The position numbers were made by a program, and so were the translations under genes. DNA of 64,000 nucleotides from Escherichia coli (lineage in GTDB: Bacteria; Pseudomonadota; Gammaproteobacteria; Enterobacterales; Enterobacteriaceae): NCBI RefSeq assembly GCF_011045215.1, contig NZ_CP049201.1; one strand, given 5' to 3'. Every line of letters begins with the position of its first letter. Positions within the stretch are counted from its first letter, which is position 1. Shown piece by piece: positions 43,311-50,823 of this stretch. The notes beneath the pieces are model-generated. The model made no database searches. It worked only from the letters and a program-made list of their open reading frames with translations, and was not told the DNA's origin.

Positions 43311-43895
43311 TCACTCAGCTCTCTGTTGCCGTAACTTCTCCGGCACGTTTCCGGTTGTTTCCATCAGATAATCTTCCAGAATGCGGGGCAGGTTATCGGC
43401 AGTTTTAGCGCACGCATTACAGGCGCGTGCTGTTTCCCTCCTCAGGCCATCGATCATTGCCGGAGTCATCGCGGGAAACTGCCTTTGCATCGTAAGGGGC
43501 AAGCTATTCATGATGGTTGAAATCTGTTGCGCCAGTTTAGACAGTGCATACATACAAAAGCCGGTATCTATAACCTCTCCTGTCTCCCTGGCGTTCTTCA
43601 GTTCCTGCCCGTCAGCCTGTGCTTTAGTGAGACGGTATCGTTCGTACTCTGTTGTGCCTGGCTGTAAATCTGATTCACCAACGGCACGTAAATCATCAAG
43701 CTCACTGCGGAGTTTTTCTTTTTCGATCTCCTTCTCCCTCTGTACATACCATTCGATCACCTGTGAAGAGTCGAAAGTCACCTCCATACCTTTTCCGCCA
43801 CCAGATACATGGGGGAGCCCTTGCATCTGCCAACGTTCAATTGTGCGCGGATCAACACCGAAAATCTCTGCCAGTCTCTTTTTGTTAACATTCAT
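43311..43895 (-). CDS. Terminase small subunit, lambda Nu1-like (element copy)
   Basis: N-terminus MNVNKKRLAEIFGVDPRTIERWQMQGLPHVSGGGKGMEV resembles recalled lambda Nu1 winged HTH; C-terminal half similar to the prophage TerS at 62051..62560. Confidence 0.8.
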   Translation of the reverse strand: MNVNKKRLAEIFGVDPRTIERWQMQGLPHVSGGGKGMEVTFDSSQVIEWYVQREKEIEKEKLRSELDDLRAVGESDLQPGTTEYERYRLTKAQADGQELKNARETGEVIDTGFCMYALSKLAQQISTIMNSLPLTMQRQFPAMTPAMIDGLRRETARACNACAKTADNLPRILEDYLMETTGNVPEKLRQQRAE

Positions 43896-44039
43896 TTATC
43901 AAATCCTCATCAAAAACCACCTCCGACATGAAACGCCTGAAAAACGGGATTTTCCGGCGTTATGGTGTCGTATGTTTATTATAGTTAATTTAAATAAAAA
44001 CATAATGTTACATGCAAGAAGTACCGACATGCTTTTTCC

Positions 44040-44115
44040 CTGAAAAATTTTCATAAATAGTGAAAATCTGCGCGTCTGCCGCCCCGCGGTGTTTCTGATT
44101 CTGGAAAGGACCCGT
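44040..44115. other. Lambda-like cos site of the element
   Basis: GAAAAATTTTCATAAATAG ... GCGCGTCTGCCGCCCCGCGG ... GGAAAGGACCCG; reverse complement resembles the lambda cos junction (CGCTATTTATGAAAATTTTCC, GGGCGGCGACCT, GGGTCCTTTCC); about 185 bp upstream of terS. Confidence 0.6.
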
Positions 44116-44194
44116 GAAAATTGGGGCGATCACCACCGTTCCGGATACAAAAAAAATCGCGAGACCTTGCCAGCCTCGCGAACGTTCATTTCAG

Positions 44195-44620
44195 TTACTT
44201 AACAGACAGCAACAGCTTTTCATCTTCGGTCAGTCCGGCGTTGCCATCACCGGCTGCTGGCCCAACACATTTCGGGCTGTGCTTTTCCATGTACGCTTCA
44301 AACAGAAAAGCCGTTTTCTTTTCCTGCATCATTGCCTGGGCATCCACGGCAGCCAGTAACGTTTGTGCATAGGTTACTGTCATTACTTCAGAACCACACT
44401 CAATCAGCTTACTGGTGAACTCAGGGTATTTTGATGCCAGCGGTAACGCCTTGATACCCTCTATGCGCTGTTTATCACTCTCAGCCTTTGCAGTAAGCAC
44501 CGTTCGGGCTTCTGTCAGTGATGCGCCATTATTTGCGAGATTTTCCGCAAGCGTCGGGTATTTCTGCGCCTCAGGCAGTGCCATGATCAATGCTCTGGTT
44601 GAATTTGCTTTCTCAGTCAT
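44195..44620 (-). CDS. Hypothetical head-module protein (possible scaffold)
   Basis: 141-aa ORF between decoration-like gene and cos; no recognised motif. Confidence 0.45.
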   Translation of the reverse strand: MTEKANSTRALIMALPEAQKYPTLAENLANNGASLTEARTVLTAKAESDKQRIEGIKALPLASKYPEFTSKLIECGSEVMTVTYAQTLLAAVDAQAMMQEKKTAFLFEAYMEKHSPKCVGPAAGDGNAGLTEDEKLLLSVK

Positions 44621-44634
44621 AAATCACCACAAAA

Positions 44635-44964
44635 TTATTGCCCTAAAGGCTGCACGGAAATACCGGAACCAACAAAAGACGACACTTTTTTCTCGAACGT
44701 GTCCGCTGTATCAGGCCAGTTAATTTCATCGATATTAAAAACCCCGCACTTATAAACCTGTGCGCGGTTTTTTGTGGCCGTGTTAATGTCCGATATGGTC
44801 AGATACACCGCCTTACCGGGTGTACCGTCCCACTCAACCATCAGGCCCGCGCCGTTCTGCATCAGCGGAGTTCTCGCTTTAATTTCTCCGGCACTGGCAA
44901 AACAGGCCAGCGTGCTGACCAGTTCCTGCGTGCCGGAAAGGAATTGCGTGTAAGGTGTTGGCAT
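44635..44964 (-). CDS. Head decoration protein homologue (lambda gpD-like, element copy)
   Basis: RTPLM..VEWDGTPGKAV...YKCGVF..INWPD...FVGSGISV parallels the gpD pattern TPLM..VAWDG...YKSGTF...WP..AF.GTAIS. Confidence 0.65.
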   Translation of the reverse strand: MPTPYTQFLSGTQELVSTLACFASAGEIKARTPLMQNGAGLMVEWDGTPGKAVYLTISDINTATKNRAQVYKCGVFNIDEINWPDTADTFEKKVSSFVGSGISVQPLGQ

Positions 44965-44974
44965 ACGATCCCCT

Positions 44975-46030
44975 TTATTTCACTTCGACGGTAACAAAGC
45001 GACCAATATCCACGGGTACTGGCTGCGGGGCGCTGTGCGTCTGCACGTATTCAATCGCCGGATCGCCCGGTACGATATAATTTTTCGGGTAGTACATCCC
45101 CTCAGAAAATCCCTCGCGTGCCGCGTCCTGATCCATGATGGCACCATAAGCAACAAGGCCTTTATTTTCGGTATTGCCGAAAACCATCATGTTTTGTTTC
45201 AGGAAATATTGCTGCTGCCCGTTTTCGTCGTCATAACGACCGGAATAAACCACGATCGCCACATCACCGAGATACCCCTTGAAGCTGACAACGCCGCCCA
45301 AATCTTTTAGCGCAAGTTCAAGTGACGAGTTTGAACCGCGACGCGTGTCCATTAGTTCGCGGAATCGACGGAACGAGCGCAAAATACGCCAGGCTTCGCC
45401 ACCCATGACGATAATATTTACCGTACCTTCGGAAAAATCAGCGTAAGCCTCAATGTCGCTTATCGGATCAAACGTTTCGGCATCCTGTTTTGACCATTCT
45501 TTCCCGCCAGCCTGCGTAATATGATTGGTTTCGGGTAATCCCCAGTCAATTTCATAACGCTCAATGCCTTCGCCCTCAATAACGTTACGGCCTGTTGTGA
45601 TGGCATTGACCGCCAGCCATTCAACACGCGCTTTGATGGCAGCAAGCTGTTTTTTCTGGCTGTCGTGAACCATTTTTACGCGGCGTAGTGCCGGGGAAGA
45701 CTGACCATTGCCGATCTGTTCTCCAGGCATGCGCATGATTGTTTTGGTGGGATCAATAACGTGTTTGGGCTTCATATAACCCGGCGTGAACGTGTTCGTT
45801 GTGAAACCTTTGTCACGCATAACCTGGCTGCCTGACATTGGAGAACAAAACGGACTCATGACCACGTTTTCAATATCCAGCGTATCAAGTGCAATATCTC
45901 TGGTGCTGAAAGTAGCGACGTTCGGAAAGAACAACGTAGTAAAGAGTGGATTAAATTTAAATTCCGGCACATCTTCGCGCCCGATATTTTTCAGTAGCGT
46001 TGGTGTGCTTACCAGTTGCGGCGCTGTCAT
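44975..46030 (-). CDS. Major capsid protein homologue (lambda gpE-like, element copy)
   Basis: 351-aa ORF; TPGYMKPKH, NHITQAGGKEWSKQDAETFDP, KELMDTRRGSNSSLELALKDLGGVVSFKGY align with the prophage gpE at 55439..56467. Confidence 0.8.
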   Translation of the reverse strand: MTAPQLVSTPTLLKNIGREDVPEFKFNPLFTTLFFPNVATFSTRDIALDTLDIENVVMSPFCSPMSGSQVMRDKGFTTNTFTPGYMKPKHVIDPTKTIMRMPGEQIGNGQSSPALRRVKMVHDSQKKQLAAIKARVEWLAVNAITTGRNVIEGEGIERYEIDWGLPETNHITQAGGKEWSKQDAETFDPISDIEAYADFSEGTVNIIVMGGEAWRILRSFRRFRELMDTRRGSNSSLELALKDLGGVVSFKGYLGDVAIVVYSGRYDDENGQQQYFLKQNMMVFGNTENKGLVAYGAIMDQDAAREGFSEGMYYPKNYIVPGDPAIEYVQTHSAPQPVPVDIGRFVTVEVK

Positions 46031-46266
46031 TACTCACCCCCATGAGGCTGATTCATACCAAGCGCAGCGCGTAAATGGCTGCGTACCATCCAGCCGACTG
46101 ACGGCTTCACCAGGCACAACGGATCAAGGCCGATTTTTTTTCCTGCCTCTGCGTTCTCCTCAAAGCGCGCATTAAGTGCGGCGATAATATCGGGGCTGAT
46201 GTACACGGATACACCGCCCGGCTTCTGTGTTCCCATAAATGAGATTCCTCTTTGACTAAAAAACAA
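46030..46266 (-). CDS. Hypothetical protein upstream of capsid homologue
   Basis: 78-aa ORF, start uncertain; no recognised motif. Confidence 0.35.
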   Translation of the reverse strand: MFFSQRGISFMGTQKPGGVSVYISPDIIAALNARFEENAEAGKKIGLDPLCLVKPSVGWMVRSHLRAALGMNQPHGGE

Positions 46267-46457
46267 ACATAACGAAAAGTCATGTCATGATTTTAATTAT
46301 CGTTGCACTTTTTGCAATATAATTGACTATTGTTGCGAATAATGAAATCATTATGTCGTGGTTTTAATCCTTGTACCACAGAGTTGTTTAGCATTAATCA
46401 CGTTAGCGGCGTGAAATCCCCCGGAACCTCATCCCGGGGGATTTTTTTGCGCACAAA

Positions 46458-46482
46458 AAAGCCGGGAAAAATCCCGGCTTCT
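46458..46482 (-). terminator. Terminator after element ssb
   Basis: AGCCGGGA..TCCCGGCT hairpin followed by TTTTTTGTG on the minus strand, just after ssb stop. Confidence 0.5.
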
Positions 46483-46494
46483 GTCACTCGTTGC

Positions 46495-46917
46495 TTAAAA
46501 CGGTATTTCATCCCCGTACGGATCATCATTTCCCGCCTGTTGTTTTGCTCTGCTCAGTGCATCAGTAGCCTGCCCCTGTTGGCCTTTTTTGCCGCCCGGT
46601 CGCGCCGTTCTGGCACTGATTACACTGTCTGCGATAACCTGCCAGCTCTGCCGCGTTTCGCCGTTCTGGCCTGTCCACTGGCTTACCTGCATGTTACCCG
46701 CCACGCTCACCAGTTCGCCTTTGCGGTGTTTTGCCAGTGCGTCGGCCTGTCTGCCAAACGCCAGGACGGATAACCACATCGTCGCCGTTCCGTCATCTGC
46801 CTGGCTGCACGGCAGGGGAACCGCCATACTCGCCATCGCCATTTGTGTTCCCTTGCTGGTGGTCTTTAACTGCGGGTCAGCCACCAGCCGCCCGTAAGCT
46901 GCTATCTGTGCTGTCAT
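46495..46917 (-). CDS. Single-stranded DNA-binding protein (SSB-like) with acidic C-terminal tip
   Basis: 140-aa ORF; C-terminus ...NDDPYGDEIPF resembles the SSB tail ...DFDDDIPF. Confidence 0.7.
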   Translation of the reverse strand: MTAQIAAYGRLVADPQLKTTSKGTQMAMASMAVPLPCSQADDGTATMWLSVLAFGRQADALAKHRKGELVSVAGNMQVSQWTGQNGETRQSWQVIADSVISARTARPGGKKGQQGQATDALSRAKQQAGNDDPYGDEIPF

Positions 46918-47165
46918 GCTGTCTGCTCTCCGGTTTTAACGTTGATGGTTGTCACCTGTTCCGCTTCGGCAATCTCCCGCTCTGTCAGCGTGGCAAAGTT
47001 TGCCGCCGCTGTGGTCATGAATGCGCTTATCAGTTCGGGATGTGCTTTTGCGTATCCTTCTCCGGCATGGCGGTCTATTGTTCTGATTGCCACCTTTAAG
47101 GCGTGCTCTGTCATGTCTAACGCTTTATATTTTGGCGCTGTCTTATCTCTGGTTTTTTTGGTCAT
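46914..47165 (-). CDS. Hypothetical protein
   Basis: 83-aa ORF, ATGA overlap with ssb start. Confidence 0.45.
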   Translation of the reverse strand: MTKKTRDKTAPKYKALDMTEHALKVAIRTIDRHAGEGYAKAHPELISAFMTTAAANFATLTEREIAEAEQVTTINVKTGEQTA

Positions 47166-47370
47166 TTCTCACTATTCCCCACTTTTTCGCCTCACTTTTT
47201 AAGCTCCCAACATGATTTCCAACCTTGTTTTTTTGTGATTCTAATATGTTGTTTTTCAATGTGTTTTTTATTCCTCACTTTTGAGCCTATATACAGGTTG
47301 AAAAGTGAGGGGCGCGGTTGCTTTTTGTTCAGTTTCTGCTATCCCCTCACTTTTGTGCCTCACTTTTTAC
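47165..47370. repeat. Iteron array with AT-rich core (candidate replication origin of the element)
   Basis: CTCACTTTT at 47191, 47274, 47346, 47361 and inverted AAAAGTGAGG at 47301, flanking an AT-rich stretch (47225-47275), directly downstream of the helicase gene. Confidence 0.55.
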
Positions 47371-48782
47371 AGTGGGCGCACATCATCACCGTCAATAGTG
47401 ATAACGCCGTCTCTTTCCAGCTTGTACAGCCAGCGCCGAAAGTTTTTCATCTCATACCCCAGCTTTTTCATATCATCACGCAATAACGGGATAGTGCATT
47501 TATCGCCGCGCTGTGTGCGTGAACGGATACAGCCCCATAGCGCGGCGTGATTCTCCGTCTTGTTTCCGGCCTCCTCAATGCGCTCCAGTTCAACAGGTGG
47601 GCGCGGCTTATCCACTACCACCAGCGACGTGATTAACTCCTTGTCAGCGTCGATAAAAAGCTCCACCACGCGTAAATCGTATGCGGCCTCTTTCAGTTCC
47701 TCTGCGTCCTTCATTTTGGTGCAGGAGATAACCAGGGCTTCACTGTCTGCACCTTCCCGGCGAATACGGTATTCAGCGTCCAGAGATGCACGAAATGCAC
47801 TGGAACCACGCGCCCCCTTTGTTTCATCCTTGCCGGAATGGTGAACCACCAGTACCGTGGCCCCTGTGCGTCGTTTCAGTTCGTCACATCCACGGATAAA
47901 CGCCCCCATATCCCGCGCGTCATTTTCATCATTACCGCCAAAACACCGCGCCAGCGTATCCAGAATAATCATGCGTACCGGTTTACCCGTTTCCCTTTCA
48001 ACCTGGCGGGAAGCGATGACCATTTCATCAATATCAAACTGTGCTGCCGGAAAAATCGGGCGGTTTACCAGGTACAGATTTTTCACCCGTTCATCATTAA
48101 CGATTTCCCATGCTTTGATACGACGAGGGACACCAATGCCACCTTCACCGACGACATACATCACCGAACCATGCGCCACCCTGCGGCCTCCCCAGTGGCG
48201 ACCCGTGGCAACATGACACGCCCAGGAACACGCGAGGAATGATTTATAGGAACCGCTCGCGCCGTATGTGCTGCACAACGAATTAGCCGGAATCACGCCC
48301 TTAACGACATAATCAAGCTGTGTGTCGTACCCTGCAGATCCAATACTCATTGGTAGCGTGGTTTTTCGCTGGTCGTTTTTTTCTTCCTCCGGTATCTCTC
48401 CGGACCGTCTTTTCTGGCGCTCTCGTTCCAGATATTCGCGCCACCCCTCCCGCTTCTGGCTGTGCATTCCCTCAGGGTAATAATTCGCATCCCGTACACC
48501 TGCCGCTGCCAGCTTTTGCCCGATGGCATTAATATTTGACGGCTTGATGTGGCCTGCCTTGTACAGCCGGACACAATAGCGACCATCGTCGATAATTTTC
48601 AGGTCAGCCAGTTCGTCAAGATGGCTGTCTCCAAGCCATACAGGCGGAACATTGTCGCCAGCAAGTCGCCCGTCCTGCTCCTGCCATTGTTTCGCGTGCG
48701 CCCAGGCATCACTACCCGCAAAAATAATGACTTCGGTCATTTTGTCGTGCGGCTGTTTTTTTAAGTTCGGTGCCAGTTTCAT
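47367..48782 (-). CDS. Replication protein, RepA/DnaB-like P-loop helicase
   Basis: 471-aa ORF with Walker A GASGSYKS and RecA-like core; C-terminal winged-helix-like region. Confidence 0.7.
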   Translation of the reverse strand: MKLAPNLKKQPHDKMTEVIIFAGSDAWAHAKQWQEQDGRLAGDNVPPVWLGDSHLDELADLKIIDDGRYCVRLYKAGHIKPSNINAIGQKLAAAGVRDANYYPEGMHSQKREGWREYLERERQKRRSGEIPEEEKNDQRKTTLPMSIGSAGYDTQLDYVVKGVIPANSLCSTYGASGSYKSFLACSWACHVATGRHWGGRRVAHGSVMYVVGEGGIGVPRRIKAWEIVNDERVKNLYLVNRPIFPAAQFDIDEMVIASRQVERETGKPVRMIILDTLARCFGGNDENDARDMGAFIRGCDELKRRTGATVLVVHHSGKDETKGARGSSAFRASLDAEYRIRREGADSEALVISCTKMKDAEELKEAAYDLRVVELFIDADKELITSLVVVDKPRPPVELERIEEAGNKTENHAALWGCIRSRTQRGDKCTIPLLRDDMKKLGYEMKNFRRWLYKLERDGVITIDGDDVRPL

Positions 48783-49078
48783 TTTTTACCCCTGAATGCG
48801 TTAATCATGTTTTTCATTTTCTGAATGTTCGCCCGTGCCTTTGCGTTGCTGGTGGGCTGTTTGCATGGCGTGGCCTGTATCAGTGAAAAATCACGCCGGA
48901 ACTGATAAACAGGCATCACGCAGTCATAGCCGTACCCATCACGGCGGTAAGTAACGCACCGTCCCGCCACGCTTTTAATCGTTACCGTGCCGCCGTAGTT
49001 ATCCCGGAAAATATCGCCGGGGCGGATTTCAGGCCGAGCGGGGCCGCTGGCAGTAAAGCCAGAAATTTTCTGTTTCAT
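48779..49078 (-). CDS. Hypothetical protein
   Basis: 99-aa ORF, ATGA overlap with helicase start. Confidence 0.4.
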   Translation of the reverse strand: MKQKISGFTASGPARPEIRPGDIFRDNYGGTVTIKSVAGRCVTYRRDGYGYDCVMPVYQFRRDFSLIQATPCKQPTSNAKARANIQKMKNMINAFRGKK

Positions 49079-49286
49079 GGTTTTTATTCCTCTGCGCGGG
49101 TCTTGTTGTGTATTTCCATAACCGCGTTTAATTCATCAATAACCGGGGTTAACAGAGTGCTGAAAGCAGAAAATAAATCCCCCCCCCTGTTCGGCATGAA
49201 CTTCGGTTAATTTAATTAATACCGCTTTCATTTCCAGTGCCCGGTTTAATGCATTCTCAGAATGAATAAGAACATCGAAAGGGATT

Positions 49287-49520
49287 TTATCCATGGCTTA
49301 CATCCTCCGGGAATTTTCTTCTGTAACGCGCCTCTGCAACATATTCCGCATAGTCCGACGCAATATTGAGAATCTCCACACCCTCTGACCTGTAGCCACT
49401 GGTACTGATAAGAAAAAATGCGGCTTTCATCATGTCGGCAACGCATAACAACGCATCGCCTGTATGTTCCGGTGCGCCATCAAATTCCTGTTTCAGGGCA
49501 TTAAAACGATCATCACGCAT
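49287..49520 (-). CDS. Hypothetical protein (may be the 3' part of one gene frameshifted at a C9 tract)
   Basis: 77-aa ORF; begins inside poly-C/G tract 49523-49531. Confidence 0.3.
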   Translation of the reverse strand: MRDDRFNALKQEFDGAPEHTGDALLCVADMMKAAFFLISTSGYRSEGVEILNIASDYAEYVAEARYRRKFPEDVSHG

Positions 49521-49753
49521 AACCCCCCCCCATTTTCACAATCAGTAATCAGGATGGCTTTAGCCTCATTCAGTGCCATATCAGCACTAAATTGCATAAC
49601 AGCCAGTGAGTGAGGAACGAAATCCCCGGCATATTCTGTTTCGCTGGTGGCGTGCTTATGTGCCCTGTCCGCGATAACAGAAATATCAATCAGCGCGTGC
49701 ATCAGCGTTTTGATGGCTTCGGCGGCTGCGTCCTGACGGGTGTTATTGCACAT
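49493..49753 (-). CDS. Hypothetical protein (may be the 5' part of one gene frameshifted at a C9 tract)
   Basis: 86-aa ORF ending just after poly-C/G tract. Confidence 0.3.
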   Translation of the reverse strand: MCNNTRQDAAAEAIKTLMHALIDISVIADRAHKHATSETEYAGDFVPHSLAVMQFSADMALNEAKAILITDCENGGGLCVMIVLMP

Positions 49754-49949
49754 GGCGCACCTCCTGACGAATACGGGCGGCGAATACCATCACGCAGCCA
49801 TCAGGAGATTGCTGACGCGCTTCCTGTTCGTTGGTGGCCTCAATGGTAATCACGCGCGGTTGTGCCGTGCTCAGGGCGATAAAACGCCAGATGTATTTAT
49901 TCAGGTTGTGCGAGTCCCGCCCTTGCGGGTGTGTGGTATGATTTAACAT
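49743..49949 (-). CDS. Hypothetical small protein, divergent from the RHH gene
   Basis: Start taken at MLNHTTHPQ (ATG 49949, RBS GAGGTA); long upstream extension in ORF track rejected. Confidence 0.4.
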   Translation of the reverse strand: MLNHTTHPQGRDSHNLNKYIWRFIALSTAQPRVITIEATNEQEARQQSPDGCVMVFAARIRQEVRHVQ

Positions 49950-50043
49950 AGCTACCTCGATAATCTTGCTATCGTTGGTGGTTAGACGCCCTGCATGTGT
50001 ACCACCACTGCGGGGCGTTGCGTTTTTTGATGTGCACGTGTTA

Positions 50044-50088
50044 AGGTGTACACCTAACGAACCAAAACATAACGCCATAGGTGTACAC
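50044..50088. promoter_or_regulatory. Two palindromic operator-like sites GTGTACAC in a divergent promoter region
   Basis: AGGTGTACAC at 50044-50053 and 50079-50088, second abutting the RHH start codon. Confidence 0.5.
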
Positions 50089-50283
50089 ATGTCAACAGTT
50101 ATTAAGCGCGATAAAAAACAAAAAGGCACAGGAAAGGCCCCACCATTCCATATGCGTATAGTCCCTGAATTGAAGGAGCAGTTTGATAACGAAGCCAGTA
50201 ACGATGGAGTAAGTCTTGCCAACTGGCTTAAAGAGTTAGGGCGCAAAGAACTGCTACGGCGCGGAATTGAACCAAAGGGATAA
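50089..50283 (+). CDS. Ribbon-helix-helix (Arc/CopG-like) DNA-binding protein
   Basis: ORF track 49966..50283; start taken at MSTVIKRDKKQKG (ATG 50089); APPFHMRIVPELKEQFDNEASNDGVSLANWLKELGRK fits the Arc-type RHH pattern. Confidence 0.6.
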   Translation: MSTVIKRDKKQKGTGKAPPFHMRIVPELKEQFDNEASNDGVSLANWLKELGRKELLRRGIEPKG

Positions 50284-50340
50284 CTATCACTAATGTCGCA
50301 ACCAGAGGAGTTGCGACTCCGAAGATTACATAGGAAATTA

Positions 50341-50823
50341 ATGATTATGGGATTCGTCATTTTCATTGCGATCGTAATTTTATCCATTTACGTTCTTACC
50401 AAATTATTTATTTCAGAAAATTCACACGACAAAATTAGAGCCGAGGCATCCAGAAGAATTGCACAAGAAGAGGCCGAACGGGCTAAGTTGTATGAAGAGA
50501 GAAAGGAATCATCTGATAATCCTGTTAATAAACAAAAACGAATAACAACACACGAAGATCATTTTTATATGGATATTCATGGTGGTCACAAATATATATG
50601 TGTTGATGCTAAGTTAGTTTTTGAATATGCAAATTTAAAACACAACTATTTTCTTCACGCCTCTCACTATTTCCCTGAGTTAGAGTATGTTTATGGAAAA
50701 AACGAACATGGGAAAATAGTTAGAGTAGATTTGTACGATAAAAAAATTCAAGCTATTAACCCCGATACTGGCGAAAAAATACCTGGTGTGAGACGTTATC
50801 TACGACAGCACAAGATAAAATAG
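50341..50823 (+). CDS. AT-rich membrane-anchored protein of unknown function
   Basis: ORF track 50293..50823; start taken at MIMGFVIFIAIVILSIYVL (ATG 50341, RBS AGGAAA); single N-terminal TM helix; markedly lower GC than neighbours. Confidence 0.5.
   Translation: MIMGFVIFIAIVILSIYVLTKLFISENSHDKIRAEASRRIAQEEAERAKLYEERKESSDNPVNKQKRITTHEDHFYMDIHGGHKYICVDAKLVFEYANLKHNYFLHASHYFPELEYVYGKNEHGKIVRVDLYDKKIQAINPDTGEKIPGVRRYLRQHKIK

Noticed and set aside
49950-50387. Upstream 146 codons of track ORF 49743..50387
   Set aside because: That part runs antisense through the RHH gene and operator region and is low-complexity; a short gene starting at 49949 with a good RBS is more plausible.
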